The position numbers and the translations under genes were made by a program. The notes under the pieces are model-generated. The model was not told the origin of the DNA. It made no database searches and saw nothing but the letters and a program-made list of their open reading frames with translations. A stretch of DNA of 64,000 nucleotides from Dehalococcoidia bacterium. GTDB taxonomy: Bacteria; Chloroflexota; Dehalococcoidia; SM23-28-2; RBG-16-64-32. The DNA lies in assembly GCA_963665775.2 (NCBI GenBank), contig CAXXTF010000001.1:704001-768000 (forward strand). Direction: 5' to 3'. Of the stretch, positions 51,838-62,481 are shown one piece after another. Positions within the stretch are counted from its first letter, which is position 1. Each line of letters begins with the position of its first letter.

Positions 51838-52904
51838 GTCAGTTGCGCCTCCAGCAGGCGGGTCTGCTCCTGTTCGGCCAAGGCCTCGATGATATCGTCG
51901 ATATCGCCATCCAGGAGGCCGGGCAGCTTGTGGCGGCTGAGGCCGACGCGGTGGTCGGTCACCCGATCCTGGGGGAAGTTATAGGTGCGGATCTTCTCCG
52001 CGCGGTCGCCGGCGCCTACCTGGGCGCGACGGTTGGAATCGATCTCCTCCCGCTGCTCGCGCTGCTTGATGTCCAGCAGGCGGGAGCGCAGGACGGCCAT
52101 CGCCTTGAGGCGGTTCTTAAGCTGAGAGCGCTCGTCCTGGCAGGCGGCGACAATGCCCGTGGGCAGGTGGGTGATGCGCACGGCGGTGGCGTTCTTCTGG
52201 ACGTTCTGACCACCGTGGCCGCTGGCGTTGAAGATATCGATGCGTAGCTCCTTCTCATCGATGTGAATGTCAACGTCGTCGGCCGCCGGCAGGACAGCCA
52301 CCGTAGCGGTCGAGGTGTGGATGCGGCCGCTGGCCTCGGTCAAGGGGACGCGCTGCACGCGGTGGACACCGCTCTCGTACTTGAGGCGGCTGTAGGCGCC
52401 ACGACCGTGGACCTCGAAGGTGATCTCCTTGAGGCCGCCCAGGTCGCTGGGGTGGGAGTCCAGGACCTCGGTGCCCCAGCCTTGACGCTCAGCGTAGCGG
52501 CTGTAGACGCGGAAGAGATCGGCGGCGAAGAGAGAGGCCTCCGTGCCCCCGGCGGCGGCCCGAATCTCCACGATGACATCCTTGTCGTCGTAGGGGTCCT
52601 TGGGCACCAGGACGCGGTGAAGCTTCTCCTCCAGGCCCTGCACCTGGGCCTCGTCGCTGGCGATCTCCTCACGGGCCAGGGCCACCAGCTCCGCATCGCC
52701 GCCTTCCTCCATGATGCTGCGGGCCTGGGCCAGCGAGTCCTGAAGGCGGCGGTACTCGTTCAGGAGCGTCACGATCCCCTCCAAGGAGGCGTGCTCCCGG
52801 GCCAGGGCCTGTAGCCGATCGAAGTTGGCGGCTACCTCGGGCCGGGCCATCTCGGCCTCGGTCTGGTGATAGCGCTGTTCTATCTCTTTTAGCTTGTCCC
52901 ACAT
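51834..52904 (-). CDS. prfA: Peptide chain release factor 1
   Basis: ESGVHRVQRVPLTE (PxT motif); GGQNV; IRTYNFPQDRVTDHR. Confidence 0.97.
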   Translation of the reverse strand: MWDKLKEIEQRYHQTEAEMARPEVAANFDRLQALAREHASLEGIVTLLNEYRRLQDSLAQARSIMEEGGDAELVALAREEIASDEAQVQGLEEKLHRVLVPKDPYDDKDVIVEIRAAAGGTEASLFAADLFRVYSRYAERQGWGTEVLDSHPSDLGGLKEITFEVHGRGAYSRLKYESGVHRVQRVPLTEASGRIHTSTATVAVLPAADDVDIHIDEKELRIDIFNASGHGGQNVQKNATAVRITHLPTGIVAACQDERSQLKNRLKAMAVLRSRLLDIKQREQREEIDSNRRAQVGAGDRAEKIRTYNFPQDRVTDHRVGLSRHKLPGLLDGDIDDIIEALAEQEQTRLLEAQLT

Positions 52905-53008
52905 GGTATCTCTATCCAGACGCAGATAGGCCCCCAGATACGGGGGCCCGATGTGATTATAGCACGCAAGCCGGATAGCTGGTGGAGTCGGAACTCTCGC
53001 TAGGAGCC

Positions 53009-53209
53009 CTAGTCGTCGCTGCTAGTTCGTTTTCCGCCCGGCTTCAGAGCCTTCGTCATCTCGCTTAGCAGGCTCTCATCAGCCTGGTCGGCATCTTGGA
53101 GAATGCTCTGGAGAGCCGGGTCAGGCTGGTCTGCGATTTCACTGGCCGTTGTCGCCTCTGGCTGACTATCGGCAGTCGTTTCTTCTGAGGGCGCCTGCTC
53201 CTGCGTCAT
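53009..53209 (-). CDS. Small acidic hypothetical protein
   Basis: GAGGT RBS directly after the preceding ORF; 66 aa. Confidence 0.5.
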   Translation of the reverse strand: MTQEQAPSEETTADSQPEATTASEIADQPDPALQSILQDADQADESLLSEMTKALKPGGKRTSSDD

Positions 53210-53219
53210 TTCTACCTCT

Positions 53220-53717
53220 TCAATCTGATGCGCGCTGTAGCATCAGCGCGATTACGAGGGTAAGCGTCTGAATCACTAAGAGTATTATAGCAGCTTTGAT
53301 GTTCCATACCTTTGATTCAAGGAGTGCGCTGTTCAATTCAAATGATTCAATTCTATTAGCGGTGACCCGGCGCTTCGTGAAGTCAGCTGACTGGAACAAG
53401 TATAGGTCTCTGAGGGGCCTTGGCTCGGGATCTCGCCGGAAATTGCGTAACCAGTAGCCGCGGAACGCAAACAGCATCGCAAATGCATAAAAGATGGTGC
53501 CTGCCAAGAGTAATATGAGCGGCCAGCCGTCGAGATCCTCTCGGGACATCGTGGCCTGTAATCCGGCAGCGATCGTCATGACAAGGCTTGCGACTGATAG
53601 AACGGTGCCGGCTTTGGCATCTAATGTATCGACTTGGTGTAGCTGGATATCCAGCCTCTCCTTTACTTCCTCGTAAACGATGTCTAGGCTTGGCGGATGA
53701 GGCAGCTGCTGGATCAT
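53220..53717 (-). CDS. Hypothetical 3-TM membrane protein
   Basis: ATGA overlap with the hisS stop; DTLDAKAG followed by hydrophobic helices; visibly AT-richer than neighbours. Confidence 0.7.
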   Translation of the reverse strand: MIQQLPHPPSLDIVYEEVKERLDIQLHQVDTLDAKAGTVLSVASLVMTIAAGLQATMSREDLDGWPLILLLAGTIFYAFAMLFAFRGYWLRNFRRDPEPRPLRDLYLFQSADFTKRRVTANRIESFELNSALLESKVWNIKAAIILLVIQTLTLVIALMLQRASD

Positions 53718-54982
53718 TTTGGTTCCTCTTGGACGCGCGCGGCCACGTCGGTCATCGGCACCGTCTCCTGGAAGCCGTCGGCCAGGCGGCGCAGCGTGAC
53801 CGTGCCCCCTTGCAGCTCGCGCTGGCCAATGATGGCGGCGTAGGCGACGCCCAGGGCGTCGGCCTGCCGCATCTGGGCCTTGAGGGAGCGCTTGCCGCCG
53901 GCGGCCAGAGTGGCGACGCCCTGTCGCCGCAGGTCGGAGGCGAGGCGAAAGGCCTGCGAACGGGCGGCCGCCGTCTGGAAGGCGACGAAGACCTGGATCT
54001 GTTGGGCCGCCGGGACCGGCTGACCCTGTCGCTTCAGGTTAATGATGACCCGCTCCACGCCGCAGCCGAAGCCGATGCCCGGCGTGGGCCGGCCTCCCAG
54101 CTGCTCGATGAGGCCGTCGTAGCGGCCGCCGCTGCCGATGCTGCTTTGAGCCCCCTCCTCCGACGGCTGGACCTCGAAGACGGTTCGGGAGTAGTAGTCC
54201 AGGCCGCGCACCAGGCGGGGGTTCAGAGCGCAAGGGATGCCTACCTCATCCAGGTAGGAGCGCAGCCGCTGGAAGTGCTCGCTGCAGTCGTCGCACAGGT
54301 AGTCGGTGAAAGGCGGCGCTTCAGCGATGAGCGGCTGGCAGCGTTCCTGCTTGCAGTCCAGCAGCCGTAGCGGGTTGTACTCGTAGCGGCCCTGGCAGTC
54401 GTTACAGACCAGCTTGAGCTTATCGCGGTAGTAGTCGCGCAAGAGCTGGAGGTAGGCGGGCCGGCAGTTGGCGTCGCCGATGGAGTTCAGGTGAAGGGTG
54501 AGACCGGTCAGGCCCAGCTCCTCGAAGAGGCGCCAGAGGAGCTCGATAACCTCGGCGTCCACGGCGGCGTCGGCCTCGCCGATCGCTTCGATACCGAACT
54601 GAGTGTGCTGGCGGTAGCGCCCGGCCTGGGGTCGGTCGTAGCGGAAGATGGGCGACCAGTACCAGAGGCGGACCGGCTGGGGCAGGACGTGCATGCCGTT
54701 CTGGAGATAGGCGCGGCAGATGGGGGCTGTTCCCTCGGGCCGGAGGGCCAGCTCCTGACCTCCCCGGTCCTGAAAGACGTACATCTCCCTCTGGACGATG
54801 TCCGTGGCCTCCCCGACGCTGCGGCTGAACAGGGATGCTTCCTCGAAGACGGGCGTCTCCAGGCGCTTGTAGCCGAAGGCAGCGCAGAGGCGGCTCGCGG
54901 TATCCTGAACGAAGTCCCGGTAGGGTTGATCCTGAGGGAGGACGTCCAGGGTGCCCCTGGGTGCCCGGTACTGTAGCGGCAT
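53714..54982 (-). CDS. hisS: Histidine--tRNA ligase
   Basis: APRGT.D; LRPEGTA; FRYDRPQAGRYRQH; LVRGLDYY; GGRYD. Confidence 0.97.
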   Translation of the reverse strand: MPLQYRAPRGTLDVLPQDQPYRDFVQDTASRLCAAFGYKRLETPVFEEASLFSRSVGEATDIVQREMYVFQDRGGQELALRPEGTAPICRAYLQNGMHVLPQPVRLWYWSPIFRYDRPQAGRYRQHTQFGIEAIGEADAAVDAEVIELLWRLFEELGLTGLTLHLNSIGDANCRPAYLQLLRDYYRDKLKLVCNDCQGRYEYNPLRLLDCKQERCQPLIAEAPPFTDYLCDDCSEHFQRLRSYLDEVGIPCALNPRLVRGLDYYSRTVFEVQPSEEGAQSSIGSGGRYDGLIEQLGGRPTPGIGFGCGVERVIINLKRQGQPVPAAQQIQVFVAFQTAAARSQAFRLASDLRRQGVATLAAGGKRSLKAQMRQADALGVAYAAIIGQRELQGGTVTLRRLADGFQETVPMTDVAARVQEEPK

Positions 54983-55142
54983 GGGTCTCCTTGTCCTGTA
55001 ACTCGATGCCGAGCATACTAGAAGCTCATAGGTGATGCAAAAGGAGGGAGTGCTAGGACAGTCCCGCCTGAAGACGGGGGCAGCGAATGGAGCTATCGAT
55101 GCCGCAGCCCTCGGGCTGTGGTGGCATTGCTAAGGAGGGATT

Positions 55143-55958
55143 ATGAAGCTGCGTGGTCGTACCGTCATCGTAACTGGGGCCTCCAGCGGAATAGGGCGGG
55201 AGACGGCGCGCGAATTCGCCCGGGCGGGCAGCAACCTGACGCTGGCCGCCCGCAATCGGGAGGCGCTAGAAGAGTTGGCGGAGGCGCTGGCGGGTCTGCC
55301 TGGGCGCCGTCTTGTGGTACGCACTGACGTGAGCGATCCGGAGGCGGTGAACGCCATGGTGGCGCGGACGGCGGAGGAGTTCGGCTCGGTGGATGTGCTG
55401 GTGAACAACGCCGGTGTGGGCCTGGACGCCACTGTGGCCGAGGGGAAGATCGAGAATATGCGGTACCTGCTGGAGGTGAACCTGTTTGGCCCGATCTATG
55501 GGGTGCAGGCCGCGGTTCCCCTCATGAAGCGTCAGGGCTCCGGCTGCATCGTTAACGTCTCCTCGGTGGCAAGCCACATCACTACTCCCTATAACGGCCT
55601 GTATAGCGCCGCTAAGGCTGCCCTGACCGCCATGACCGACGCCCTACGGCAGGAGGTGGAAGGGGCTGGGATCAAGGTCATCAACATATATCCCGGCTTA
55701 ACTCACACCCGTTTTCACGAGAACGCCATCCGCGAGTTGGAGTTGCCAACCCATTCGCGCTTGCTCCGATGGGTGTCTGCCGGCACTGTCGCCATGGCCA
55801 TCGTGCGGGCGGTCCGCCGGGACCGGCGGGAGTCGTACGTTACCTTCGGTGACGCGGTGGGGGTGGCCGTGAAGAACGTGTCGCCGCGGCTGGTGGAGTG
55901 GGGGACTCGCCGCCTGTGGCTCTCTTCGGGGGATCCCACGCCGATCAGTGGGTCGTAG
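55143..55958 (+). CDS. Short-chain dehydrogenase/reductase
   Basis: TGASSGIG; NNAG; YSAAK. Confidence 0.92.
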   Translation: MKLRGRTVIVTGASSGIGRETAREFARAGSNLTLAARNREALEELAEALAGLPGRRLVVRTDVSDPEAVNAMVARTAEEFGSVDVLVNNAGVGLDATVAEGKIENMRYLLEVNLFGPIYGVQAAVPLMKRQGSGCIVNVSSVASHITTPYNGLYSAAKAALTAMTDALRQEVEGAGIKVINIYPGLTHTRFHENAIRELELPTHSRLLRWVSAGTVAMAIVRAVRRDRRESYVTFGDAVGVAVKNVSPRLVEWGTRRLWLSSGDPTPISGS

Positions 55959-55992
55959 ATGGCTGGACAGACGTGCTAAACTTGACGGGAGG

Positions 55993-58185
55993 ATGACGAC
56001 CAAGCAGGCTGAGATTGGTCAGGATCTCCTGACCAAAGTCACTGAGTATCTGCCCGCCCAAGGGGTGGCGCTGGTGCGTGATGCCCTGGAGTTCGCCATT
56101 CAGTGCCACGCCGGCCAGGTACGACGCTCCGGCGACCCGGTTATTACCCACCCCCTGCACGCGGCCACGACAATCTCCACCCTGCAACTGGATGCCGACA
56201 CGATCGCGGCGGCGCTGCTCCACGACGTGCAGGAGGACTGCGACGTCCGGAATGATGCGATCGCAAAGCGGTTTGGCAAAGAGGTGGCCACCCTGGTTGA
56301 GGGTGTTACCAAGCTAGGCCAGATCCCCTGGCAGGCGGCTGAGGTGCGCCCTGGTGCGGAGAGCATCCAGGCGGAGAATCTGCGCAAGATGTTTCTGGCC
56401 ATGGCCCAGGACCTGCGGGTGGTCATCATCAAGCTGGCGGATCGGCTGCACAACATGATGACGATTTGGGCGCTGTCGCCGGAGGATCAGCATCGCATCT
56501 CCAGCGAGACGATGGAGATATTCGCGCCGTTGGCGGCCCGGTTGGGGGTGTGGGAACTCAAGTGGCAGCTGGAGGACCTGGCTTTCCGCTACTTACAGCC
56601 GGAGCCGTACAAGCTGATCGCCCATATGCTGGACGCAAAGCGGGCGGCCCGCGAGTCCTACGTGAGCGGCGTAACGGATATCCTGCGGGCGGAGCTGGCG
56701 GGCCAGGAGCTGAAGGCGGAGGTGCAGGGCCGAGCCAAGCACATCTACAGCATCCATCAGAAGATGGAGAAGTACGCCGCCGAGGGGAAGAGCGTGGATG
56801 AGATCTACGACCTCTTAGCCGTGCGCATCCTGGTCGATACCGTTTCCGATTGCTACGCCGCTCTGGGCATCGTTCACGGTCTCTGGCGGCCCCTGCCCGG
56901 CACCTTCGACGATTACATCGCCAATCCGAAGGAGAGTATGTATCAGGCCCTCCATAGCAGCGTGATGAGCCCTAATGCCCACCCGCTGGAGGTGCAGATC
57001 CGCACCCACGATATGCACCGCACCGCCGAATATGGCATCGCCTCCCACTGGCGCTACAAGGAAGGCTCCTCGCGAGATCTCCATTACGAGGAGCGGCTGG
57101 CCTGGCTACGGCAGTTGCTCGACTGGCAGAGGGAGATCTCCCAGGCCGAGGAGCTGGTGGAGGCGGTTAAGACTGACATCTTTCAGGATCAGGTGTTCGT
57201 GTTCACACCCAAGGGGGAGGTAAAGGACCTGCCTAAGGGGAGCACGCCCCTGGACTTCGCTTATCGGGTCCACACAGACCTGGGCCACTTTTGTGTGGGC
57301 GCGAAGGTGAACGGCCGACTGGTTTCCCTGAGCCATCAGCTCCAAAACGGGGCCGCCGTGGAGGTCTTGACCAGCCGATCGTCTAAGGGGCCCTCAAGGG
57401 ACTGGCTGAACCCCAACCTCGGTTATATCCGCACGAGCCACGCCCGGGCGAAGATCCGGCAGTGGTTCAAGCAGCAGAAGCGGGCAGAGAATATTGTTCG
57501 CGGTAAAGAGATGCTGGAGAAGGAGTTGCACCGCCTGGGTGCCACTCTGCCGCAGGTAGAGGAGCGGATACTCAAGATGTTCCGACGTGATAACCTGGAC
57601 GACTTCTGCCTCCAGGTGGGATATGGGGACATCAGCACGCATCAGATTGCCACGAAGCTGGCACCGCTCCTTCAGGAGGAGGTGAGGACGACCGCGCCGA
57701 CGGAGCCCCCCGCCGGCGCTACCTACACCACGAGCGTGCGCGTCCTGGGCACCGGGGACCTACTGACCCGGCTGTCTCGCTGCTGCAACCCCGTCCCTGG
57801 CGATGCCATCATCGGCTACGTCACCCGTGGCGAGGGCGTGTCCGTCCATCGCCGGGACTGCCGCAATATCCTGTATGAGGATGAGCGCGAGCGGTTGGTG
57901 GAGGTAGAGTGGGGCCGCCGCGGCCACCTCTACCCGGTAGCGGTGCGCATTGAGGCCTGGGACCGGGTAGGGCTCATCCGGGACATCAGCACTATGGTGG
58001 CCGAGGAGCGGGTCAATATGGTGGGGTTGCACACCCAGGCGCGCGACGATGAGGAGATCTCCGTCTTCGTAACCCTGGAGACCACCGGCATCGAGCAGTT
58101 GACGCGGCTCCTCAGCAAGCTGGAGTCGGTGCGAGGGGTGCTATCTGTCGGTCGGCGGCTGGAAGGCTCGCCGGGGAGAGCGTAG
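55993..58185 (+). CDS. rel: Bifunctional (p)ppGpp synthetase/hydrolase
   Basis: HD domain (LLHDVQED); KLADRLHN; YDLLAVR; EVQIRT; TGS; CCNP; ACT. Start at ATG 55993. Confidence 0.95.
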   Translation: MTTKQAEIGQDLLTKVTEYLPAQGVALVRDALEFAIQCHAGQVRRSGDPVITHPLHAATTISTLQLDADTIAAALLHDVQEDCDVRNDAIAKRFGKEVATLVEGVTKLGQIPWQAAEVRPGAESIQAENLRKMFLAMAQDLRVVIIKLADRLHNMMTIWALSPEDQHRISSETMEIFAPLAARLGVWELKWQLEDLAFRYLQPEPYKLIAHMLDAKRAARESYVSGVTDILRAELAGQELKAEVQGRAKHIYSIHQKMEKYAAEGKSVDEIYDLLAVRILVDTVSDCYAALGIVHGLWRPLPGTFDDYIANPKESMYQALHSSVMSPNAHPLEVQIRTHDMHRTAEYGIASHWRYKEGSSRDLHYEERLAWLRQLLDWQREISQAEELVEAVKTDIFQDQVFVFTPKGEVKDLPKGSTPLDFAYRVHTDLGHFCVGAKVNGRLVSLSHQLQNGAAVEVLTSRSSKGPSRDWLNPNLGYIRTSHARAKIRQWFKQQKRAENIVRGKEMLEKELHRLGATLPQVEERILKMFRRDNLDDFCLQVGYGDISTHQIATKLAPLLQEEVRTTAPTEPPAGATYTTSVRVLGTGDLLTRLSRCCNPVPGDAIIGYVTRGEGVSVHRRDCRNILYEDERERLVEVEWGRRGHLYPVAVRIEAWDRVGLIRDISTMVAEERVNMVGLHTQARDDEEISVFVTLETTGIEQLTRLLSKLESVRGVLSVGRRLEGSPGRA

Positions 58186-58248
58186 GGCTCCGGCTCCTGG
58201 CATCAGCTTCTAACCGGAGCCTGGCTCTGGTATCATGCGGCCAGTCGC

Positions 58249-59310
58249 ATGCTCTCCAAGGTCAACAGCTGTGCCGTCGTCGGCCTCGACGGCGAGATCG
58301 TCGAGGTGGAGGTGGATATCGCCCAGGGGCTGCCCGCCTTCGCCATCGTTGGTCTGCCGGATACCGCCGTCCAGGAGGCGAAGGAGAGGGTGCGCTCCGC
58401 CATCCGGAACTCCGGCCACACCTTCCCGCAGCAGCGGATCACCGTTAACCTGGCTCCGGCCGACCTGCGGAAAGAGGGGCCCGGCTACGACCTGCCCATC
58501 GCTGTCGGGATACTGGTAGCTTCCGGTCAGGCGCCGCCACCTGAGGAGCAGGCGCTTTTCCTGGGGGAGCTCTCGTTGGACGGTCGGTTGCGGCACACTC
58601 ACGGCATTCTGCCCATGGTCGGCTTGGCCCGCGATCACGGGTTTCAGGCCGCCTATGTGCCGGCGGCTGATATCGAAGAGGCGTGCCTGATCGATGGCCT
58701 AGAGATCTTCCCGGTGGAATCTCTCAATCGCCTGGTCGAGCACCTGCGGGCTGAGGAGCCTATCGCCGCTTTCGTTAGGGATCGGCCACGGGATGCAGAT
58801 GCGGAGGCTCCCCCGGACGGCGTTGACTTCCGGCATATCAGAGGCCAGGAGCACGTGAAGCGGGCGCTGGAGGTGGCGGCCGCCGGCGGGCACAACGTGC
58901 TTATGGTGGGGCCTCCGGGGGCTGGGAAGACGCTGTTGGCCCGGGCCACGCCCACTATCCTGCCCCGGTTGACCGGCGGCGAGGCCCTGGATGTCACGAA
59001 GATATACAGCGTGGCCGGAATGCTGCCTGGGGATACACCTCTCATGAACCACAGGCCCTTCCGGGCGCCACACCACACCATCTCGCATGCCGGCCTGGTG
59101 GGTGGAGGGCGGCAGCCGCGGCCCGGTGAGATCACCCTCAGCCACCGCGGCGTCCTCTTTCTGGACGAGCTGCCGGAGTTCGCACACTCTGTGCTGGAGT
59201 CGATCCGCCAGCCCCTGGAAGATCGGGTTGTCACCGTGAGCCGTGCCCAGGGTAGCGTGACCTTCCCGGCGAACTTTATGCTCCTGGCCGCCATGAACTC
59301 CTGCCCCTGC
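58249..59310 (+). pseudogene. comM: comM/YifB Mg-chelatase-like ATPase, 5' part, interrupted by an integrative element
   Basis: [10 protein letters not shown]; NLAPADLRK; GPPGAGKT; RPFRAPHH; LFLDELPEF. Similarity stops after AAMNSCPC. Confidence 0.88.
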
Positions 59311-60871
59311 AAGTCGAGACTACAGAGGGAAACCTATACTCAACGACCGCGCTCGCGTGCTTGCGGCCGTCGCGCAGTTCCGTCTGCACCGTGATGCGTC
59401 TAACGAGCAGACGCACGATTTCTTGACGCTCCTCATCGCGGAGCCCTCCATCCAGGCGGCGGGTTATTTCGGCCAGGAGGTCGGGCGTCACCTCCAGCGC
59501 CTCCTCCGGATCTTCCTCGGGGCCCAAAGCGACAAGCCGCCGCTCTATCTCCGTCCGCTTGGAGGCGATCTCGCCCAAACAGGTTTCCAGTTCTTCTGGG
59601 GTGAGATGCCCCCGAATGCGGAGGTCAAGGGCCCTCTTACGCTGCTGGTCGAGGTCGCGAATTGCAGCGGTAAGCGTGATGGACTCCGCCTCAGCAACGG
59701 CTGCCTGGCCGCCGCCGCAGGATTCGATCGCCAGCTCGTCGAGCAGCTCGCCTGGGCTTCGGAGAAAGCGTTCGATGTCGGACCAGATGAGGGGCTCGAT
59801 GGTATCGCTTTTGACCGACTTCCCGCTGCAAGGTCCCTCTATGGGGCCGCGCTCGACTAGCTGGCCGTTGCAGCGATACCAGGCGGCGCCGTTGCTCGTG
59901 GTTCCACAGTAGTTCAGACCACAGATCCCGCAGCGGATTACGGAGCGTAGTAGGTAGATGCGCTTGCTGTTCTTGGGGATGATCCGGTTGCGATCTAGGG
60001 TTTCCTGCGCGGCGTACCAGATCTCATCGGACACCAGGGCCTCGATAGTGGCAGAGATGACTTCCCGTCCGCCTACCCGGCTGCTACGGCGACCAAATTG
60101 CAGCACGCCGCGATACACAGGATTGACCACCAGGTTGCGAATGCGACCTGGTCGCCATATTCCTTGCGTTCGTTGGCCACGGATGCCCCGGTCGTCTCGC
60201 TCGTACACTGTGGGGACACAGAGGATGTTCAATTCATTCGCAATCCAGCGGCAGCTCTTCCCTTCAACGCCGAGCCAGTGATAGATACGCTTGACCAAGT
60301 CCGCAGTACTCCAGTCCCCCCAGATGAGGGCCTCGTCTGGGATGAGCCGGGCGGTCTGACGTCGCCCATTTACCTGGTATCCTAACGGCACGATTCCGCC
60401 GGTGTAGCGGCCTTCCCGTGCGGCGCGCTCCATGCCCCGAGCTGAGTCCGCGAGGAACTGGCGTCGGACATATCCCGCCATGATGGACTGGAATCCGAAC
60501 ATTGTCCGGTCGCCCAGCGATTCGGCGACCCCGATCAGCTCAATGCCGAGCAGGTCGACGAACAGGTTGTAGGTGGTCAGGAGGTCAATCTCCTCACGGC
60601 CGAGTCGGCTCGCCCGCAGCACGATGATCTTGAGGAACTTCGCGGCCTTTGCGTCGGCGACCAACTGGCTGCCGGCCGGGCGTAGTGCCATTGGTATAGT
60701 CCCGGAGACGCCGTCATCCTCGTAGTAGCGGTAGAGGCGGTAATGGGGGTTCTGGGCGAGATAGCGATCGATGGCCTCCCGCTGCGTCTTGATGGTCTCC
60801 CGGTCGCGCTGGTCATCGCTAGAAACCCGGAGATACGCGGCCGCGAGGGTAGCTTCTTGGTCTGTCATCAC
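59276..60871 (-). CDS. Large serine recombinase (integrase)
   Basis: YLRVSS nucleophile motif; DDGVSG; SRLGR; PLGY; Zn ribbon CGICG...YRC; coiled coil; LVRRITV. Confidence 0.93.
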   Translation of the reverse strand: MMTDQEATLAAAYLRVSSDDQRDRETIKTQREAIDRYLAQNPHYRLYRYYEDDGVSGTIPMALRPAGSQLVADAKAAKFLKIIVLRASRLGREEIDLLTTYNLFVDLLGIELIGVAESLGDRTMFGFQSIMAGYVRRQFLADSARGMERAAREGRYTGGIVPLGYQVNGRRQTARLIPDEALIWGDWSTADLVKRIYHWLGVEGKSCRWIANELNILCVPTVYERDDRGIRGQRTQGIWRPGRIRNLVVNPVYRGVLQFGRRSSRVGGREVISATIEALVSDEIWYAAQETLDRNRIIPKNSKRIYLLRSVIRCGICGLNYCGTTSNGAAWYRCNGQLVERGPIEGPCSGKSVKSDTIEPLIWSDIERFLRSPGELLDELAIESCGGGQAAVAEAESITLTAAIRDLDQQRKRALDLRIRGHLTPEELETCLGEIASKRTEIERRLVALGPEEDPEEALEVTPDLLAEITRRLDGGLRDEERQEIVRLLVRRITVQTELRDGRKHASAVVEYRFPSVVSTCRGRSSWRPGA

Positions 60872-61029
60872 TAGGCCTCCCGCCCGGAGGTTAGCGGCTG
60901 GCGAGGGAGCCCAAGGACGATCCGCAGGGCCGCCAGCATCGCGTTCCGGTCAGGTGTGTATGTACGCGTTACTGAGAGCCGGTTATCAAGTGGGGATCTA
61001 GCAGATCGGGAGTACAATGCATCAACCAT
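60871..61029 (-). CDS. 52-aa ORF translationally coupled to the recombinase (absent from ORF track)
   Basis: MVDALYSRSARSPLDNRLSVTRTYTPDRNAMLAALRIVLGLPRQPLTSGREA. Its TAG overlaps the GTG start (TAGTGATG). Confidence 0.5.
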   Translation of the reverse strand: MVDALYSRSARSPLDNRLSVTRTYTPDRNAMLAALRIVLGLPRQPLTSGREA

Positions 61030-61034
61030 GTCTA

Positions 61035-61268
61035 TCAGCTACCAGTGATAGGTATCTCCAAGTCTTGGAGCGCAATGCGGATGGCCTCGATGTTGCCCTT
61101 GGCCTTAGCACGGAGGGAGGGGTCGGACCGTGCGTCGCTTGCGAACGACCAGATTTCCTGAAGCCCGCTCTCCAGTGCTAGCCGCACGGGCTCTGGTGCA
61201 CTGGTAATAGCGATCGGGAACCCGCCTGTGGTGGCGTCACCACGAAAGACTACAACGTAGCTACTCAT
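61035..61268 (-). CDS. Small hypothetical protein
   Basis: GGAGGAG RBS; 77 aa. Confidence 0.55.
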   Translation of the reverse strand: MSSYVVVFRGDATTGGFPIAITSAPEPVRLALESGLQEIWSFASDARSDPSLRAKAKGNIEAIRIALQDLEIPITGS

Positions 61269-61380
61269 CGCCTTACTCCTCCAGATAGTCGGAAGCCCCG
61301 ATTAGCATCCGGGGCTTCCACTGTATTCCCGCTGGCGCGGGGTGAAAACTTACGGCTCCGCAGCGCTAATGCGCCCGATC

Positions 61381-62313
61381 TTAAGAGGCTGCTTGGATCA
61401 GACGAAGCACGGCTGACGGAGATCGACGGAGACGATAGAGAGCTTGATGCTGACAATTGGTGAGCGGGCGATTTTCGATTCGGGCGAGAATCGCATTCCG
61501 TTGACTGTGCGGAAGATCGCCGATGGCCTGGCGAATAGCGCGTTTGGCCTCGGCCAGCTCGGCCTGGTATTCCAGATCATCCTCGTCGGGCAGTGGTTCA
61601 TCCTGATCGTTGGAAAGGGCCAGCTCCTTGCCATCTCCCGCTCTTCGCCATCCAGGTCCGGCGAGGTCGTCCATCAAGATGTTGGCCAAGGGGGCTCGGC
61701 ACGTAGTAATGAAGTCGGGTATCAACGTATCTTCCGGGATTGCTGCGAATACAACGGGGAGCGCCTGTATCGTGTCCAGTTGCAGTTCACGATTCATTGA
61801 TGTTCCGTGTTGACCGGCCCGTCGGAGCAATTCCGGCTCGACCAGTCGCCAGCGGCGCGGGTGTATCGGTCTCTTGAACCACCGGACTGCTAGTCGCTCA
61901 GCGGCTTCTTCACGCTCGATCTCTGGGTAACGCGAAGATGTGACCCGCGACCAGTCTCCCAGGAACGTGCCGGGCCGGAACGCATCGTCAAAGGCCTTCT
62001 GCATGGCCTCCGACAAGGTGTCGAGGAGGGGCAAGAGGGTATGGCGGAACTTAGCCGCAATCTCATTCATACGGCGGGCCATTTCCGCCACAGGCCGAAA
62101 GTCGATGACCACGTGCCTTAGACCCAGGTGAATTGGAGGGAGGCTAAGAGCTGGGTTAATAGAGCCCGCGAGCTTCACCATGTTAGGACTCCTCAGTAGT
62201 AGCGCTGATGAGTTGATAGCCGAAAGAGCATCGGTCAGCGATCTGCCACATGGTATGGTCGCCCCCGGTCTAATCCGTATCGTCACTTCATTTGTGTCTC
62301 TCAGCATGCTCAC
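61381..62313 (-). CDS. Hypothetical protein with a sigma-70 region 4-like C-terminus
   Basis: ELAEAKRAIRQAIGDLPHSQRNAIL...QALYRLRR. Confidence 0.5.
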   Translation of the reverse strand: MSMLRDTNEVTIRIRPGATIPCGRSLTDALSAINSSALLLRSPNMVKLAGSINPALSLPPIHLGLRHVVIDFRPVAEMARRMNEIAAKFRHTLLPLLDTLSEAMQKAFDDAFRPGTFLGDWSRVTSSRYPEIEREEAAERLAVRWFKRPIHPRRWRLVEPELLRRAGQHGTSMNRELQLDTIQALPVVFAAIPEDTLIPDFITTCRAPLANILMDDLAGPGWRRAGDGKELALSNDQDEPLPDEDDLEYQAELAEAKRAIRQAIGDLPHSQRNAILARIENRPLTNCQHQALYRLRRSPSAVLRLIQAAS

Positions 62314-62481
62314 TCGTTCCGCTCAGACGCGGCTCCAGACTATTTGGGGCAGCTGCTAAGACCCTTTACGCCCCATCATATTATACCCGCCCGGGCGATG
62401 TGGTTTCTTACGCGTTCTCGCCGGCCGGAGGCGGCAATTCTGAAATCCGAGACTGCTGATTCAATGAGCGGGAATGAGGGG

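Noticed and set aside
59311-59394. C-terminal tail KSRLQRET... of the track's 381-aa comM ORF
   Set aside because: Read-through into the antisense strand of the integrase; not ComM sequence.
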